A DNA stretch of 64,000 bases from positions 73,386 to 137,385 of the forward strand of contig CAZOFH010000001.1 in NCBI GenBank assembly GCA_964579205.1. Direction: 5' to 3'. Below the pieces are notes generated by a model. It made no database searches. It was not told the origin of the DNA and was given only the letters and a program-made list of their open reading frames with translations. This document shows, piece after piece, positions 19,012-28,067 of this stretch; the first letter of the stretch is position 1, and each line of letters begins with the position of its first letter. This stretch comes from an uncultured Christensenella sp. Its GTDB lineage: Bacteria > Bacillota > Clostridia > Christensenellales > UBA1242. The position numbers were made by a program, and so were the translations under genes.

Positions 19012-19035
19012 AATTTTACTCCTTATTATTTAGCA

Positions 19036-19932
19036 TTATTGTGCAGATTCTTCCTCTTTTACAACTTTCTTTGCTCTAGTCTTTTTCACAGGAGCATCTG
19101 CCGGCTCTTGAGCAGCACTCTGCTCTTCGCTAGCATCTACTTTCTCTTCTTTAACTTCTTCTTTCTTCTTAAAAACTTTCTTTGCTACAGTCTCGCCGTC
19201 CTCGTTTACCTCTTCGGTAACCTCTATGGCTTCTTCTTGAGTCTCTGGAACATTGCCACATTTTGCCTCAATTACAGCATTGGCAATCGCCTCAGCGATC
19301 AAGCGAACAGAGCGAATTGCGTCGTCGTTACCAGGGATAACAACATCAACAAGTGTTGGGTCACAGTTGGTGTCAACTAGACCTACTACAGGGATACCGA
19401 GAGCACGAGCCTCTTTGATCGCGATGTGCTCTTTCTTGAGGTCAACGACAAACAACAACCCCGGCAAACTAGTCATATCCTTGATACCGCCCAAGTTTTT
19501 CTCCAACTTGTCGCGCTCTGCCTTCATCTTGAGCACTTCTTTCTTTGGGAAGAACTCAAATTCGCCAGTCTGCTCCATCTTGTTTAATTTTGCGAGTCTG
19601 TCTACTCTAGACCTAATAGTCTTGAAATTGGTGAGAGTACCACCCAACCAACGAGTGTTTACGTAGTACATACCACAACGCTCAGCCTCTTCTTTGACAG
19701 CGTCGCATGCCTGCTTTTTGGTGCCGACAAACAGCACAGTCTTGCCAGCGGCTACCATATCTCTTACGTAGTCATAAGCCTGCTGTACCAAAACTACTGA
19801 TTGCTCCAAATCGATAATGTGAGTATCGTTGCGAGCACAAAAAATGTATTTGCCCATCTTTGGGTTCCATTGTCTGGTTGGGTGACCAAACTGAACACCA
19901 GCCTCGAGCAACTGTTTAATTGAAATTGACAC
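19036..19932 (-). CDS. rpsB: 30S ribosomal protein S2 with acidic/lysine-rich C-terminal tail
   Basis: GTG start 9 nt after AAGGAGG gives [17 protein letters not shown]. The ORF-track N-terminus upstream of this is non-homologous. Confidence 0.93.
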   Translation of the reverse strand: MSISIKQLLEAGVQFGHPTRQWNPKMGKYIFCARNDTHIIDLEQSVVLVQQAYDYVRDMVAAGKTVLFVGTKKQACDAVKEEAERCGMYYVNTRWLGGTLTNFKTIRSRVDRLAKLNKMEQTGEFEFFPKKEVLKMKAERDKLEKNLGGIKDMTSLPGLLFVVDLKKEHIAIKEARALGIPVVGLVDTNCDPTLVDVVIPGNDDAIRSVRLIAEAIANAVIEAKCGNVPETQEEAIEVTEEVNEDGETVAKKVFKKKEEVKEEKVDASEEQSAAQEPADAPVKKTRAKKVVKEEESAQ

Positions 19933-20054
19933 TTGGATAATCCTCCTTAAATTCGTTTTTGTTCCTCCCGCCAGCGTCAAAACTCCTTGGCTCAACCACA
20001 AAAAAGTGGCAACGGTGCCAAAAATAGCCGACGGTGTGTATTTCAACGGCATTT

Positions 20055-20083
20055 ATTATATCATATTATTTACAATAAAGCAA
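20055..20083 (-). promoter_or_regulatory. sigma-A type promoter of rpsB-tsf
   Basis: TTGCTT, 17 nt, TGA-TATAAT, followed by a leader of about 115 nt. Confidence 0.55.
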
Positions 20084-20162
20084 GGCAAAAATCAAACTTT
20101 TTTCAAAAATTTTTGGATAATTTTTTCGCTTAATTTTCTTTTCCTTTTGCCCCGTTTTGAGA

Positions 20163-20186
20163 ACAAAAAAAGCCCAATATTTGGGC
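20163..20186 (-). terminator. intrinsic terminator after the DUF1292 gene
   Basis: GCCCAA-TAT-TTGGGC hairpin followed by a T-run on the minus strand. Confidence 0.7.
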
Positions 20187-20191
20187 AATTT

Positions 20192-20521
20192 TTATTCGGC
20201 AGCAGCACCCTGCTCGTCCAACAACTTGTTGTAAATAGCAAACACTTCATCAATGATAGTGTCGTTCTCTTCTACTACCAACAGTTGGTCTTCACTAGAG
20301 TCATCCTCTTCAAAAGAGAATACGATCGCCTCATCGTCAGCCACGCCATCCATTTTCTCAATAGGTTTTAGGATTGCGTAAAGTTTTTCCTGAAAAGGAA
20401 TCAGAGCAATTTGCTCAAAACTAACAGGCTTTTCGTTCTCGTCAAAAAGCACGATTGGATCACTGTTCTCAGGGTCCAACAACTTCAAAATTGGGTTATC
20501 CATTTCTTCATTTTTTGCCAT
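20192..20521 (-). CDS. DUF1292-family protein (YrzB-like)
   Basis: 109-aa acidic protein immediately downstream of ruvX, as yrrK-yrzB in Bacillus. Confidence 0.75.
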   Translation of the reverse strand: MAKNEEMDNPILKLLDPENSDPIVLFDENEKPVSFEQIALIPFQEKLYAILKPIEKMDGVADDEAIVFSFEEDDSSEDQLLVVEENDTIIDEVFAIYNKLLDEQGAAAE

Positions 20522-20540
20522 AATAATAGACGCTCCTTAA

Positions 20541-20960
20541 TTAAATTTTCTTGTCCAAATAGCTCTGCAAGATGATACTCGCAGCCACCTCATCAATGAC
20601 AGTCTTGCGTTTTTCCCTCCTGACATCGGCACTGATGAGCAACTTTTCCGCACTGACAGTCGTCAAACGCTCGTCTTGGTACACGATAGGAATAGAGGTG
20701 AATTTTTTTAGTTCGTCGCAAAAGTCATAGGTAAACTGCACGCGTTCGCCGTCCGTGCCGTCCATATTCTTGGGCAGCCCGACAACGATGGTATCCACTT
20801 GCTTTTCCGCCGCCAAATCGGCAATATATTGCAAATCTTGTCCCAACTCGCGCCTGCGATAATTCACAAAACCGCTAGCAAACATCCCCAATGGGTCGCT
20901 AAAAGCAATACCAATATTTACATTACCCAAGTCTAAACCCATTTTCCTAGACATATTCAC
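20541..20960 (-). CDS. ruvX: YqgF/RuvX putative pre-16S rRNA nuclease
   Basis: MGLDLGNVNIGIAFSD N-terminus, DERLTT motif, 139 aa. Confidence 0.9.
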   Translation of the reverse strand: MNMSRKMGLDLGNVNIGIAFSDPLGMFASGFVNYRRRELGQDLQYIADLAAEKQVDTIVVGLPKNMDGTDGERVQFTYDFCDELKKFTSIPIVYQDERLTTVSAEKLLISADVRREKRKTVIDEVAASIILQSYLDKKI

Positions 20961-21041
20961 CCTCGAAACAAAAGATTTGTTACACTATAATACCATATTA
21001 TTAAAATTAAAGCAAACTTTTATGCAATTTTTTCCAAAAAA

Positions 21042-22064
21042 TTATCTATATTGCTCTGCATACTTTTGCTCATCGTCGCAAAACTCTTGCTCTTGCTTGA
21101 GCCCGAAATCCTTCTTTTGGACATTGTGCGAGTTGTCCGGCGTGATAGAGACATCCTCTTGGCTACACTCAGCCGCACCAAAAACTCGCGCTTTGCCACC
21201 TATAGTCAGCCCTTTTATCATAGCTTTACCCGCAACATAAGCATTTTGCTTTAATTCGCAATCATCCACCAGCGCGCCGCCGCAAACAACCGCATTACCA
21301 TGTACTACTGAATGCCCAGTCACAAACGCATAGTCGTGTACGCTCGCATCGCCAATGACCATTGCGTCATAATCGATCCAACATTGCCCGAACCTAGATA
21401 GATTGTGCACGCCACTCACGATTCCGCCAAGAGTCCCGCTTTGGATATATCTGTATTCGCCGATACTAGCGCAAAAATTATCTATGTCGATATTAGCGCG
21501 CAGTCTATACAGTCCGCTTAATTCTCTGCCCAGTGGAATCAAAGTATACTTGTGTGTGCACAACGCGCGACTATCTTTTTCGCTATTATAAAATGAGCCT
21601 ACGCAGTTATCCACGACCACGTTATCGAGGCACTTTTTCTCAAATACACACGCATCGCCGCAAACATGCGACTTGTACAGCCTAGTCATCCCAGAAATCA
21701 CAGCGTCCCGAGTCACCATAGAACCTAGCACAACAGCGCGCCCTGTCACGACTGCGTAATCCGAAATATAAGAATTGACCACGCACGCCTTGTCCCCGAC
21801 GGTCGCCTTGCCATCGACCGTGCTGCCGATCACCATCGCCTCGCTCGCAATCAGAGCATCGCCTTTGACCACGCTATCTTTGTCTATCCAACAAGTGCGG
21901 AGTTTGCTCAAATTCGCCTCTTTTTCGACATAGCCGCCGTAGGCGCCTGCAGGGATATACCCAATCTGCGAGTGGAACCCATTCAGCGCCCTAATGCGGT
22001 ATACCACAGTGCCGTCCTCTTCTATTCTATAATCCTTTTTATCCAAAGTAAATTTTGTGTTCAT
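21042..22064 (-). CDS. left-handed beta-helix (hexapeptide-like) repeat protein of unknown function, two tandem modules
   Basis: 340 aa from MNTKF with a GGAAGGG RBS. The module 'YRIRAL..GG.V....NLS....CWID.D..V.GDA' occurs twice, each followed by V/I-x-G repeats. Confidence 0.7.
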   Translation of the reverse strand: MNTKFTLDKKDYRIEEDGTVVYRIRALNGFHSQIGYIPAGAYGGYVEKEANLSKLRTCWIDKDSVVKGDALIASEAMVIGSTVDGKATVGDKACVVNSYISDYAVVTGRAVVLGSMVTRDAVISGMTRLYKSHVCGDACVFEKKCLDNVVVDNCVGSFYNSEKDSRALCTHKYTLIPLGRELSGLYRLRANIDIDNFCASIGEYRYIQSGTLGGIVSGVHNLSRFGQCWIDYDAMVIGDASVHDYAFVTGHSVVHGNAVVCGGALVDDCELKQNAYVAGKAMIKGLTIGGKARVFGAAECSQEDVSITPDNSHNVQKKDFGLKQEQEFCDDEQKYAEQYR

Positions 22065-22120
22065 TTTTCCCTTCCAAAAACAAAGGAGCAAATCAAAAAA
22101 ATCCGATTTGCCCCCTATTT

Positions 22121-22255
22121 TTATAATTTTGCAACTTTTTCTTTCAACTTTTCTTTACCTTTCTCGATTGCATCACGAGCAGGCTTGCAAGTCTGAACAA
22201 TGATGGCACCAGCGACAGCGCCCAGCATCATCCCGACCAAAATACCATCGCACAT
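22121..22255 (-). CDS. small YtxH-like membrane protein (44 aa)
   Basis: MCDGILVGMMLGAVAGAIIVQTCKPARDAIEKGKEKLKEKVAKL with an AAAGGAGG RBS. Below the ORF-track length cutoff. Confidence 0.55.
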   Translation of the reverse strand: MCDGILVGMMLGAVAGAIIVQTCKPARDAIEKGKEKLKEKVAKL

Positions 22256-22323
22256 ATTTTTTCCTCCTTTTCAAAATTATTTTGTGTAATTTTTTATAAT
22301 TTAAAGAAGGAAAAAAATGTCAA

Positions 22324-22809
22324 TTATCTCTCCATAGCACGAGCAGAATCGAATACCTCTCCATATTTTGACTGACTAGCAGCGTCACCAATATCGCCAG
22401 TCTGCACGCCGTCAAAAATCCTCTCGCCAAAATACTTGCCACTATTGGATATGCCGCAGTCGTTCATTACGCAGGTATCAGCGACGATAGAATTTTTGCA
22501 AATCGCGCAATTTTTGACCACAGCGCTACCCGTAATATACGCCTCGCCCCAAATCTCGCTCTTGCCTTTTATAATAGCGTCCATACAGACAAAGGCGTTT
22601 TCACGGACAACGCATCCGTCAAAAACCCAAGAGTCGCCACTCTGAGACAGATTGCGCTCACTCTCGACAAAGCCGCCCTTTTGCCCGGCCAACACCATCA
22701 GCCTATCCGACAAAATATCGCGCAGCGCCATAATGCGGTACAACTTTGTTCCATTTGATAATTTGACAAATTCATCTTTTAGCAATGTATATTTTTTATC
22801 TGCTTTCAT
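22324..22809 (-). CDS. left-handed beta-helix repeat protein, single-module paralog of 21042..22064
   Basis: 161 aa with the same 'LYRIMAL...GGFVESERNLSQSGDSWVFDGCVV' module. Confidence 0.7.
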   Translation of the reverse strand: MKADKKYTLLKDEFVKLSNGTKLYRIMALRDILSDRLMVLAGQKGGFVESERNLSQSGDSWVFDGCVVRENAFVCMDAIIKGKSEIWGEAYITGSAVVKNCAICKNSIVADTCVMNDCGISNSGKYFGERIFDGVQTGDIGDAASQSKYGEVFDSARAMER

Positions 22810-22822
22810 TAGAATACCTCAA

Positions 22823-23212
22823 TCAATCGAGATTCTGCTGTTCTTTTTCGAGTCTCTTGTAATAATCTGCCACAGCGCTATTGAGCGCCTGCTTAACAAG
22901 CCCCAAGCAATAACCCTTTTTGCTCGGCAACGCGCCTAGCACCTGCAAAATTTCATTCGTGTCAAAAGCCAGCAACTCATCTACCGTCCTCCCCTCTACG
23001 AGGCAGGTAGTCACCGACGCAACCGCGATGAGCGCCGAACCACCGAATGTCTTAAACTTGGCATCGGCGACCACGCCATTCTCGATCAGAAAATAGAACT
23101 TTAGAATGTCGCTACAAACATCGCTACACGCCTTGCCCACGGCATTTGCGCCCTTGATAATGCCGACATTTTGGGGATTTTGCAAAACTGTCATAATTTT
23201 TTCGTTATACAT
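22823..23212 (-). CDS. nifU: NifU/IscU-like Fe-S scaffold, divergent
   Basis: 129 aa, IscU-like and adjacent to nifS. The GCGxAIAS cysteine is replaced (FGGSALIAVAS) and an extra CSDVCSD is present. Confidence 0.75.
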   Translation of the reverse strand: MYNEKIMTVLQNPQNVGIIKGANAVGKACSDVCSDILKFYFLIENGVVADAKFKTFGGSALIAVASVTTCLVEGRTVDELLAFDTNEILQVLGALPSKKGYCLGLVKQALNSAVADYYKRLEKEQQNLD

Positions 23213-23215
23213 ATG

Positions 23216-24394
23216 CTACTCCCCCTTGCCCACTTGAGTTTTTTGCATTGCAGAAATCTTGCGCAATTTCTCTACGCACTCCACCAATTTTTCTACAACA
23301 TAATCCACTTCTTCTTGAGTCGTCGACTTGCTAATAGAAAACCTCACAGCGCCCTGAGCCAAATCTTTTGGCACACCCATAGCAGTCAAAACGTGGCTAG
23401 CCTCAGTAGAGCCAGATGAGCAGGCAGACCCCGTGCTCACCGCGATGCCATTGAGATCCAGCATACACAACAGGCTCTCACCGTCCACCATACCAAAAGA
23501 CATATTGATATTATTAGGCAGCCTCTGAATATTGTGCCCGTTGAGGTAAGTCAACTCGATTTTTTGCTCGACTTGACTAATAAAGTAATCTCTCAAAGTA
23601 CGCAATTTTTTGCTATTAGCCAAAATATCACGAGTCGCAATCTCGACCGCCTTGCCTAGCCCTACAACACCAGCGACATTGGTAGTACCTGCACGCAAAC
23701 CATACTCTTGCTCACCGCCATTCATAAATGGAGTAATCAAAATCTTGTTGCTCACATACAACGCGCCGACACCTTTTGGACCATTAAGCTTGTGCCCTGA
23801 CAAACTCAGAGCATCGATGCCCATCTCGTGGACATTGAGAGTAATCGCACCCACAGCTTGGGTCGCGTCGGTATGAAAAATAACATCCTTTTCTTTGACA
23901 ATATTGGCAATCGTCTGCAAATTCTGAATAGTCCCGACCTCGTTGTTGGCTGCCATAATCGACACCAAAATTGTATCAGAACTCAAATAGTGCAGCAACT
24001 GGTCAATGCGCACAAAACCCGACTCATCGACATCCAAATATGTGACCCTATAGCCCTCGCGCTCCATCTTTTTGCAAGTTTCTAGAATGCTAGGATGCTC
24101 AATCTTTGATGTGATAATGTGGTTGCCCTTGTGCCTATATGCCTTGGCAATTCCACTAATAGCCCAGTTGTTTGCCTCGGTCGCGCCACTGGTAAAATAA
24201 ACCTCTTCTTCATCACAGCCCAATCCCTTGGCTACACGAGCGCGCGCGATATCTACATATTGCTTTGCCTCGCGCCCGAATGAATGCAGACTGTTTGGAT
24301 TGCCAAAACCGCCCGTCAAAACAGGCATCATCTCTGCCAGCACATCGCTAGACAGAGGCGTGGTCGCAGCGTTATCCATATAAATTTTGTTCAT
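23216..24394 (-). CDS. nifS: cysteine desulfurase NifS
   Basis: 392 aa from MNKIYMDNAATTP with an AGGAGA RBS. PLP lysine in SGHKLNGPKG and active-site SACSSGS. Confidence 0.93.
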   Translation of the reverse strand: MNKIYMDNAATTPLSSDVLAEMMPVLTGGFGNPNSLHSFGREAKQYVDIARARVAKGLGCDEEEVYFTSGATEANNWAISGIAKAYRHKGNHIITSKIEHPSILETCKKMEREGYRVTYLDVDESGFVRIDQLLHYLSSDTILVSIMAANNEVGTIQNLQTIANIVKEKDVIFHTDATQAVGAITLNVHEMGIDALSLSGHKLNGPKGVGALYVSNKILITPFMNGGEQEYGLRAGTTNVAGVVGLGKAVEIATRDILANSKKLRTLRDYFISQVEQKIELTYLNGHNIQRLPNNINMSFGMVDGESLLCMLDLNGIAVSTGSACSSGSTEASHVLTAMGVPKDLAQGAVRFSISKSTTQEEVDYVVEKLVECVEKLRKISAMQKTQVGKGE

Positions 24395-24427
24395 CGTTCT
24401 CTCCTTTTTTGACATTTTAACTATTCT

Positions 24428-24456
24428 ATTATATCACGAAATGCGATTATAGTCAA
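24428..24456 (-). promoter_or_regulatory. sigma-A type promoter of nifS-nifU
   Basis: TTGACT, 17 nt, TGA-TATAAT. Confidence 0.6.
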
Positions 24457-24465
24457 TAGCAAAGT

Positions 24466-24500
24466 ATCAAAAACAAAGCAGTCAACACTATTTGACTGCT
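24466..24500 (-). terminator. intrinsic terminator after trxA
   Basis: AGCAGTCAA-ATAGTG-TTGACTGCT hairpin followed by TTGTTTTTG on the minus strand. Confidence 0.75.
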
Positions 24501-24506
24501 CAAAAA

Positions 24507-24821
24507 TTACAGATTAGCCTCAATAACATTGATAATATAATCTTTTGTTTTTAGTCCGATTTCTTTTGCAACCTCGGCACCCTTTTTGAATAAAATCATA
24601 GTAGGCACACTCATAATGCCGAATTCTTGGGCAAAATCCATACACTCGTCAATATCGCATTTTGCGATAATCACGTCGTCACGCTCTTCTGAAATCTGCT
24701 CAACGATAGGGCCAAGCATTTTGCAAGGACCGCACCATGTCGCGAAAAAGTCCACCAGCACCAACTTGTCGCTGTTGATCACTTCTCTAAAATTCTCTTT
24801 TGTAATATGTACAATAGCCAT
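24507..24821 (-). CDS. trxA: thioredoxin
   Basis: 104 aa with the WCGPC active site and an AAGGAGA RBS. Confidence 0.95.
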   Translation of the reverse strand: MAIVHITKENFREVINSDKLVLVDFFATWCGPCKMLGPIVEQISEERDDVIIAKCDIDECMDFAQEFGIMSVPTMILFKKGAEVAKEIGLKTKDYIINVIEANL

Positions 24822-24880
24822 TTTGTTTCTCCTTATCAAAAGTCTAAATATATTATATCACAATATATAAAAAATACAAA

Positions 24881-26140
24881 TTATTTTTGCGTAATTGGTT
24901 TAATTAAATTATCGCCAAAGATGCAAAAATGCGTATAGCCATTTTCTTTTAGCACATCGAGCTGATGTGACAGGTTCTTTTTCGCAAGAATTGCAGAAGC
25001 ATTCTGCTCTTTGTTGACCGATTGCACAAACTTTAGCACTGCTACAAAATCATCATCCCCGCTATACAAAACCGCCAGAACTGGAGTCGCGGGTGATTTG
25101 TCTTGATTTTTTTGCGCATACAGAATGCAGGTCGGCTCAAAACCCAGCCCCAGCCCGACAGCCGGCACAGGCTTGCCCACCATTTTGCCTATCATATCGT
25201 CATATCTTCCGCCGCCAGCGCAAGCGCCCGACAACCCCGGCAAGTAAAATTCATAGACTAGCCCGGTGTAATAATTTTGCCCGCGCACGATAGAAATGTC
25301 AAATTTCGCCTCAAATTTGCCCGTTGAGAGCGCATTCACGCTATCCAAAATCTTTTGCACATCACGAACAACCTCGCAGCGGACGCCCAAAGCGAGCAAA
25401 ATGTCGGCATACTTGTCACCACTCGACACAATGTCAGAAATGCGCCCAAGCAATACTTGGGTATTCGCCGCGTCAAAACCTCTCTCCAACATCTCCTCAC
25501 TTACGCCCGGCAGTCCCAATTTGTCCATTTTGTCGAGGCAAATGCAGACCTCTTTCTCTTGCTCTGCCGAAAAGCCAGCCCCAGATATCAAGTCAGACAA
25601 AATTCGTCTGTCGTTGACCTTTGCTACGATATCCTCAAAGCCCAGTGCCTCAAAAGTCTTGGCAGTGGTGTTGAGAATATCAATCTCAGCATTGATGCTA
25701 GGGTCGCCCAAAATATCAATGTCGCATTGAGTAAACTGACGATTGCGCCCCATCTGAGGTCTATCCGCGCGGAAAGAAGAGTCAATCTGAATTGACTTGA
25801 AAGGACTTGGCAAAACATTTTGATTGTTGGCATACAGCCTAGCCAATGGCACAGTTTGGTCATATTTTAGCCCGATGTCTACAATATCCCTTTCGCACAG
25901 GTTGGGCTTGGTCAAATCCAATTTTTCGCCACGCTTTAAAACTTTGAAAATCAACTTTAGATTTTCCCCGCCATCGCTCCCCAACAAGTTGTCGATATTC
26001 TCCAAAATTGGCGTCCCAATTTGCATAAAACCGAAACTCTGATAAGCCCTGACAATTTTTGCCTTGACCTCTTCGCGCATTGCCATTTCTTTTGGCAAAT
26101 AATCCTTTGTACCCCTAACGGGAGACATATCTTTGCTCAA
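24881..26140 (-). CDS. hisS: histidine--tRNA ligase
   Basis: 419 aa with RGTKDYLP, class II motifs and GGGRYD. Confidence 0.9.
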   Translation of the reverse strand: MSKDMSPVRGTKDYLPKEMAMREEVKAKIVRAYQSFGFMQIGTPILENIDNLLGSDGGENLKLIFKVLKRGEKLDLTKPNLCERDIVDIGLKYDQTVPLARLYANNQNVLPSPFKSIQIDSSFRADRPQMGRNRQFTQCDIDILGDPSINAEIDILNTTAKTFEALGFEDIVAKVNDRRILSDLISGAGFSAEQEKEVCICLDKMDKLGLPGVSEEMLERGFDAANTQVLLGRISDIVSSGDKYADILLALGVRCEVVRDVQKILDSVNALSTGKFEAKFDISIVRGQNYYTGLVYEFYLPGLSGACAGGGRYDDMIGKMVGKPVPAVGLGLGFEPTCILYAQKNQDKSPATPVLAVLYSGDDDFVAVLKFVQSVNKEQNASAILAKKNLSHQLDVLKENGYTHFCIFGDNLIKPITQK

Positions 26141-26152
26141 TTTTACCTCCTA

Positions 26153-27526
26153 TTACATTATATATTTGGTGATGTCGTACTGCTTTACCGATGAAGCGAG
26201 TACTTTTTGCACCAAATCCTTGGTAATGACCACCTTGCTCATCGGGTAATTACCATCCGCCTCAAAACTAATATCGTTGAGCAGCGCCTCCATAATGGTG
26301 TGCAGTCTGCGCGCACCGATATTCTCTTGATTTTCGTTCTCCAACTCGGCGATCCTAGCAATCTCTTGCAACGCGTCCTTTTCAAAATGCAAATCTATAT
26401 TGTCGACTTTGAGCAATTCAGCCTGCTGCATAGTAATAGCATTCTTAGGTTGCGTCAAAATATTATAAAAGTCCTTTGCGGTCAAGTTCTCAAGTTCCAC
26501 GCGAATTGGGAAACGCCCCTGCAATTCAGGAATCAAATCCTCCATTTTGGCAATGTGAAAAGCACCAGCCGCGATAAACAAAATGTAATCAGTCTTGATG
26601 AGTCCGTACTTTGTGTTGACGGTACACCCCTCGACAAATGGCAAAATATCGCGCTGGACACCCTCACGAGAAACGTCAGGGCCGCTGCCGTTGCCACGAG
26701 AAATAGTGATTTTGTCAATCTCGTCAATAAAGATGATGCCTTCTTGCTCCGCTCTGCGGATACCCTCTTCGTTTACAGCGTCCAAATCAATGAGTCTACT
26801 ACTCTCGTCGTTGACAAAATTGCGTCTAGCCTGAGCGACAGTAATTTTGCGCACCTTTTTGCGCTTGGGCAAAAAGCCATCCAGCATATCATTTATATTA
26901 GAGTCAGGAGCGCCTGGGATAATCTCAATCATCTTTGGCGCTTCCGTCATCTCTACCTCGACATACTCGTTGTCGTGCTTGCCTTGCTCGACCTCCATGA
27001 GGAGAGTGTCTGCACTCTTTTTGTTGTCGGCGTCCTCTACCACGATTTCTACCGTACTGTCATCCAGTTTTTCGGTAGAAGTCGTCTGCTTGGCAGTGGC
27101 CTTGGCTTTGCTATTGCGCATCAACAAATCACGAATTTTTTTGTTGGCATTATTGGTCGCGGTAGCCTTGACCTCCTCAAACTTTTCATCTCGAACCAAG
27201 CGAATAGAGGTCTCGACCAAATCTCTGATCATACTCTCTACATCGCGCCCGACATAACCGACCTCGGTGTATTTTGTCGCCTCGACCTTGACAAAAGGCG
27301 CATGCACAATCTTTGCCAAACGCCTAGCGATCTCCGTCTTACCGACACCAGTAGGACCTTTCATCAAAATATTTTTGGGCGTAATATCCTCCCTAAGGCT
27401 CTCTGGGAGTTTGCTACGGCGGTAACGATTGCGCAAAGCGACAGCGACCGCGCGTTTTGCCTTGTCTTGACCAATAATGTATTTGTCAAGTTCGGCAACG
27501 ATTTCTTTTGGGGTCAACAATTCCAT
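26153..27526 (-). CDS. hslU: ATP-dependent protease ATPase subunit HslU
   Basis: 457 aa with GPTGVGKTEIARRLA Walker A and IIFIDEIDK. Confidence 0.97.
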   Translation of the reverse strand: MELLTPKEIVAELDKYIIGQDKAKRAVAVALRNRYRRSKLPESLREDITPKNILMKGPTGVGKTEIARRLAKIVHAPFVKVEATKYTEVGYVGRDVESMIRDLVETSIRLVRDEKFEEVKATATNNANKKIRDLLMRNSKAKATAKQTTSTEKLDDSTVEIVVEDADNKKSADTLLMEVEQGKHDNEYVEVEMTEAPKMIEIIPGAPDSNINDMLDGFLPKRKKVRKITVAQARRNFVNDESSRLIDLDAVNEEGIRRAEQEGIIFIDEIDKITISRGNGSGPDVSREGVQRDILPFVEGCTVNTKYGLIKTDYILFIAAGAFHIAKMEDLIPELQGRFPIRVELENLTAKDFYNILTQPKNAITMQQAELLKVDNIDLHFEKDALQEIARIAELENENQENIGARRLHTIMEALLNDISFEADGNYPMSKVVITKDLVQKVLASSVKQYDITKYIM

Positions 27527-27527
27527 A

Positions 27528-28067
27528 TTACTCTACCTCCTCAAAGAAGAAATGCTTGTTGGTGTAAATGCAATAATCACCAGCGACATCGAGCGCTTTT
27601 TCTACCATATCGCGAGCAGACAATTTTGTATTATCGTACAAGGCACGCAAAGCACCTAGGGCATAGTGACTGCCTGACCCGACCGAGGTAAACTCATCAC
27701 TAGGGCGGCAAACCATACCGTCACCCATAAATACAAAAATGTCGTCTTTGTCCGCGATTACCATCATAACCTCGAGGTTCGGGTGCATCGAGTTGGCATT
27801 TTGCCAATTATTAGAAATCTCTACCAAAGCACGCTGCAAATTGCCCGAATACTTGTTGAGATTTTCCTCCAAAAGGCGCAACACCGCCAAATTATGACTG
27901 ACTGTACCAGCCATACCAACGATGACCTTGTCATTATAAATCCTGTGCAACTTTTTGACACCGTCCTTAAAAACCATAGTGTCTAGAGTCGCCTGACTAT
28001 CTGCCCCGATGACGGTCTTGCCATTCCTGCGGCAGGCAACAATAGTCGTCCCTTTCATACTTATCAT
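27528..28067 (-). CDS. hslV: ATP-dependent protease subunit HslV (CodW-like, short propeptide)
   Basis: 179 aa with GTTIVACRRNGK Thr-nucleophile region and GSGS motif. Confidence 0.95.
   Translation of the reverse strand: MISMKGTTIVACRRNGKTVIGADSQATLDTMVFKDGVKKLHRIYNDKVIVGMAGTVSHNLAVLRLLEENLNKYSGNLQRALVEISNNWQNANSMHPNLEVMMVIADKDDIFVFMGDGMVCRPSDEFTSVGSGSHYALGALRALYDNTKLSARDMVEKALDVAGDYCIYTNKHFFFEEVE

Noticed and set aside
26207-27691. 494-aa plus-strand ORF
   Set aside because: It is entirely antisense to hslU and hslV, which have unambiguous motifs. Its composition is low-complexity and it has no RBS, so it is a shadow ORF. The same applies to 8626-9207, 10142-11190 (antisense to infB), 36678-37235, 51329-52024 and 60870-61867.
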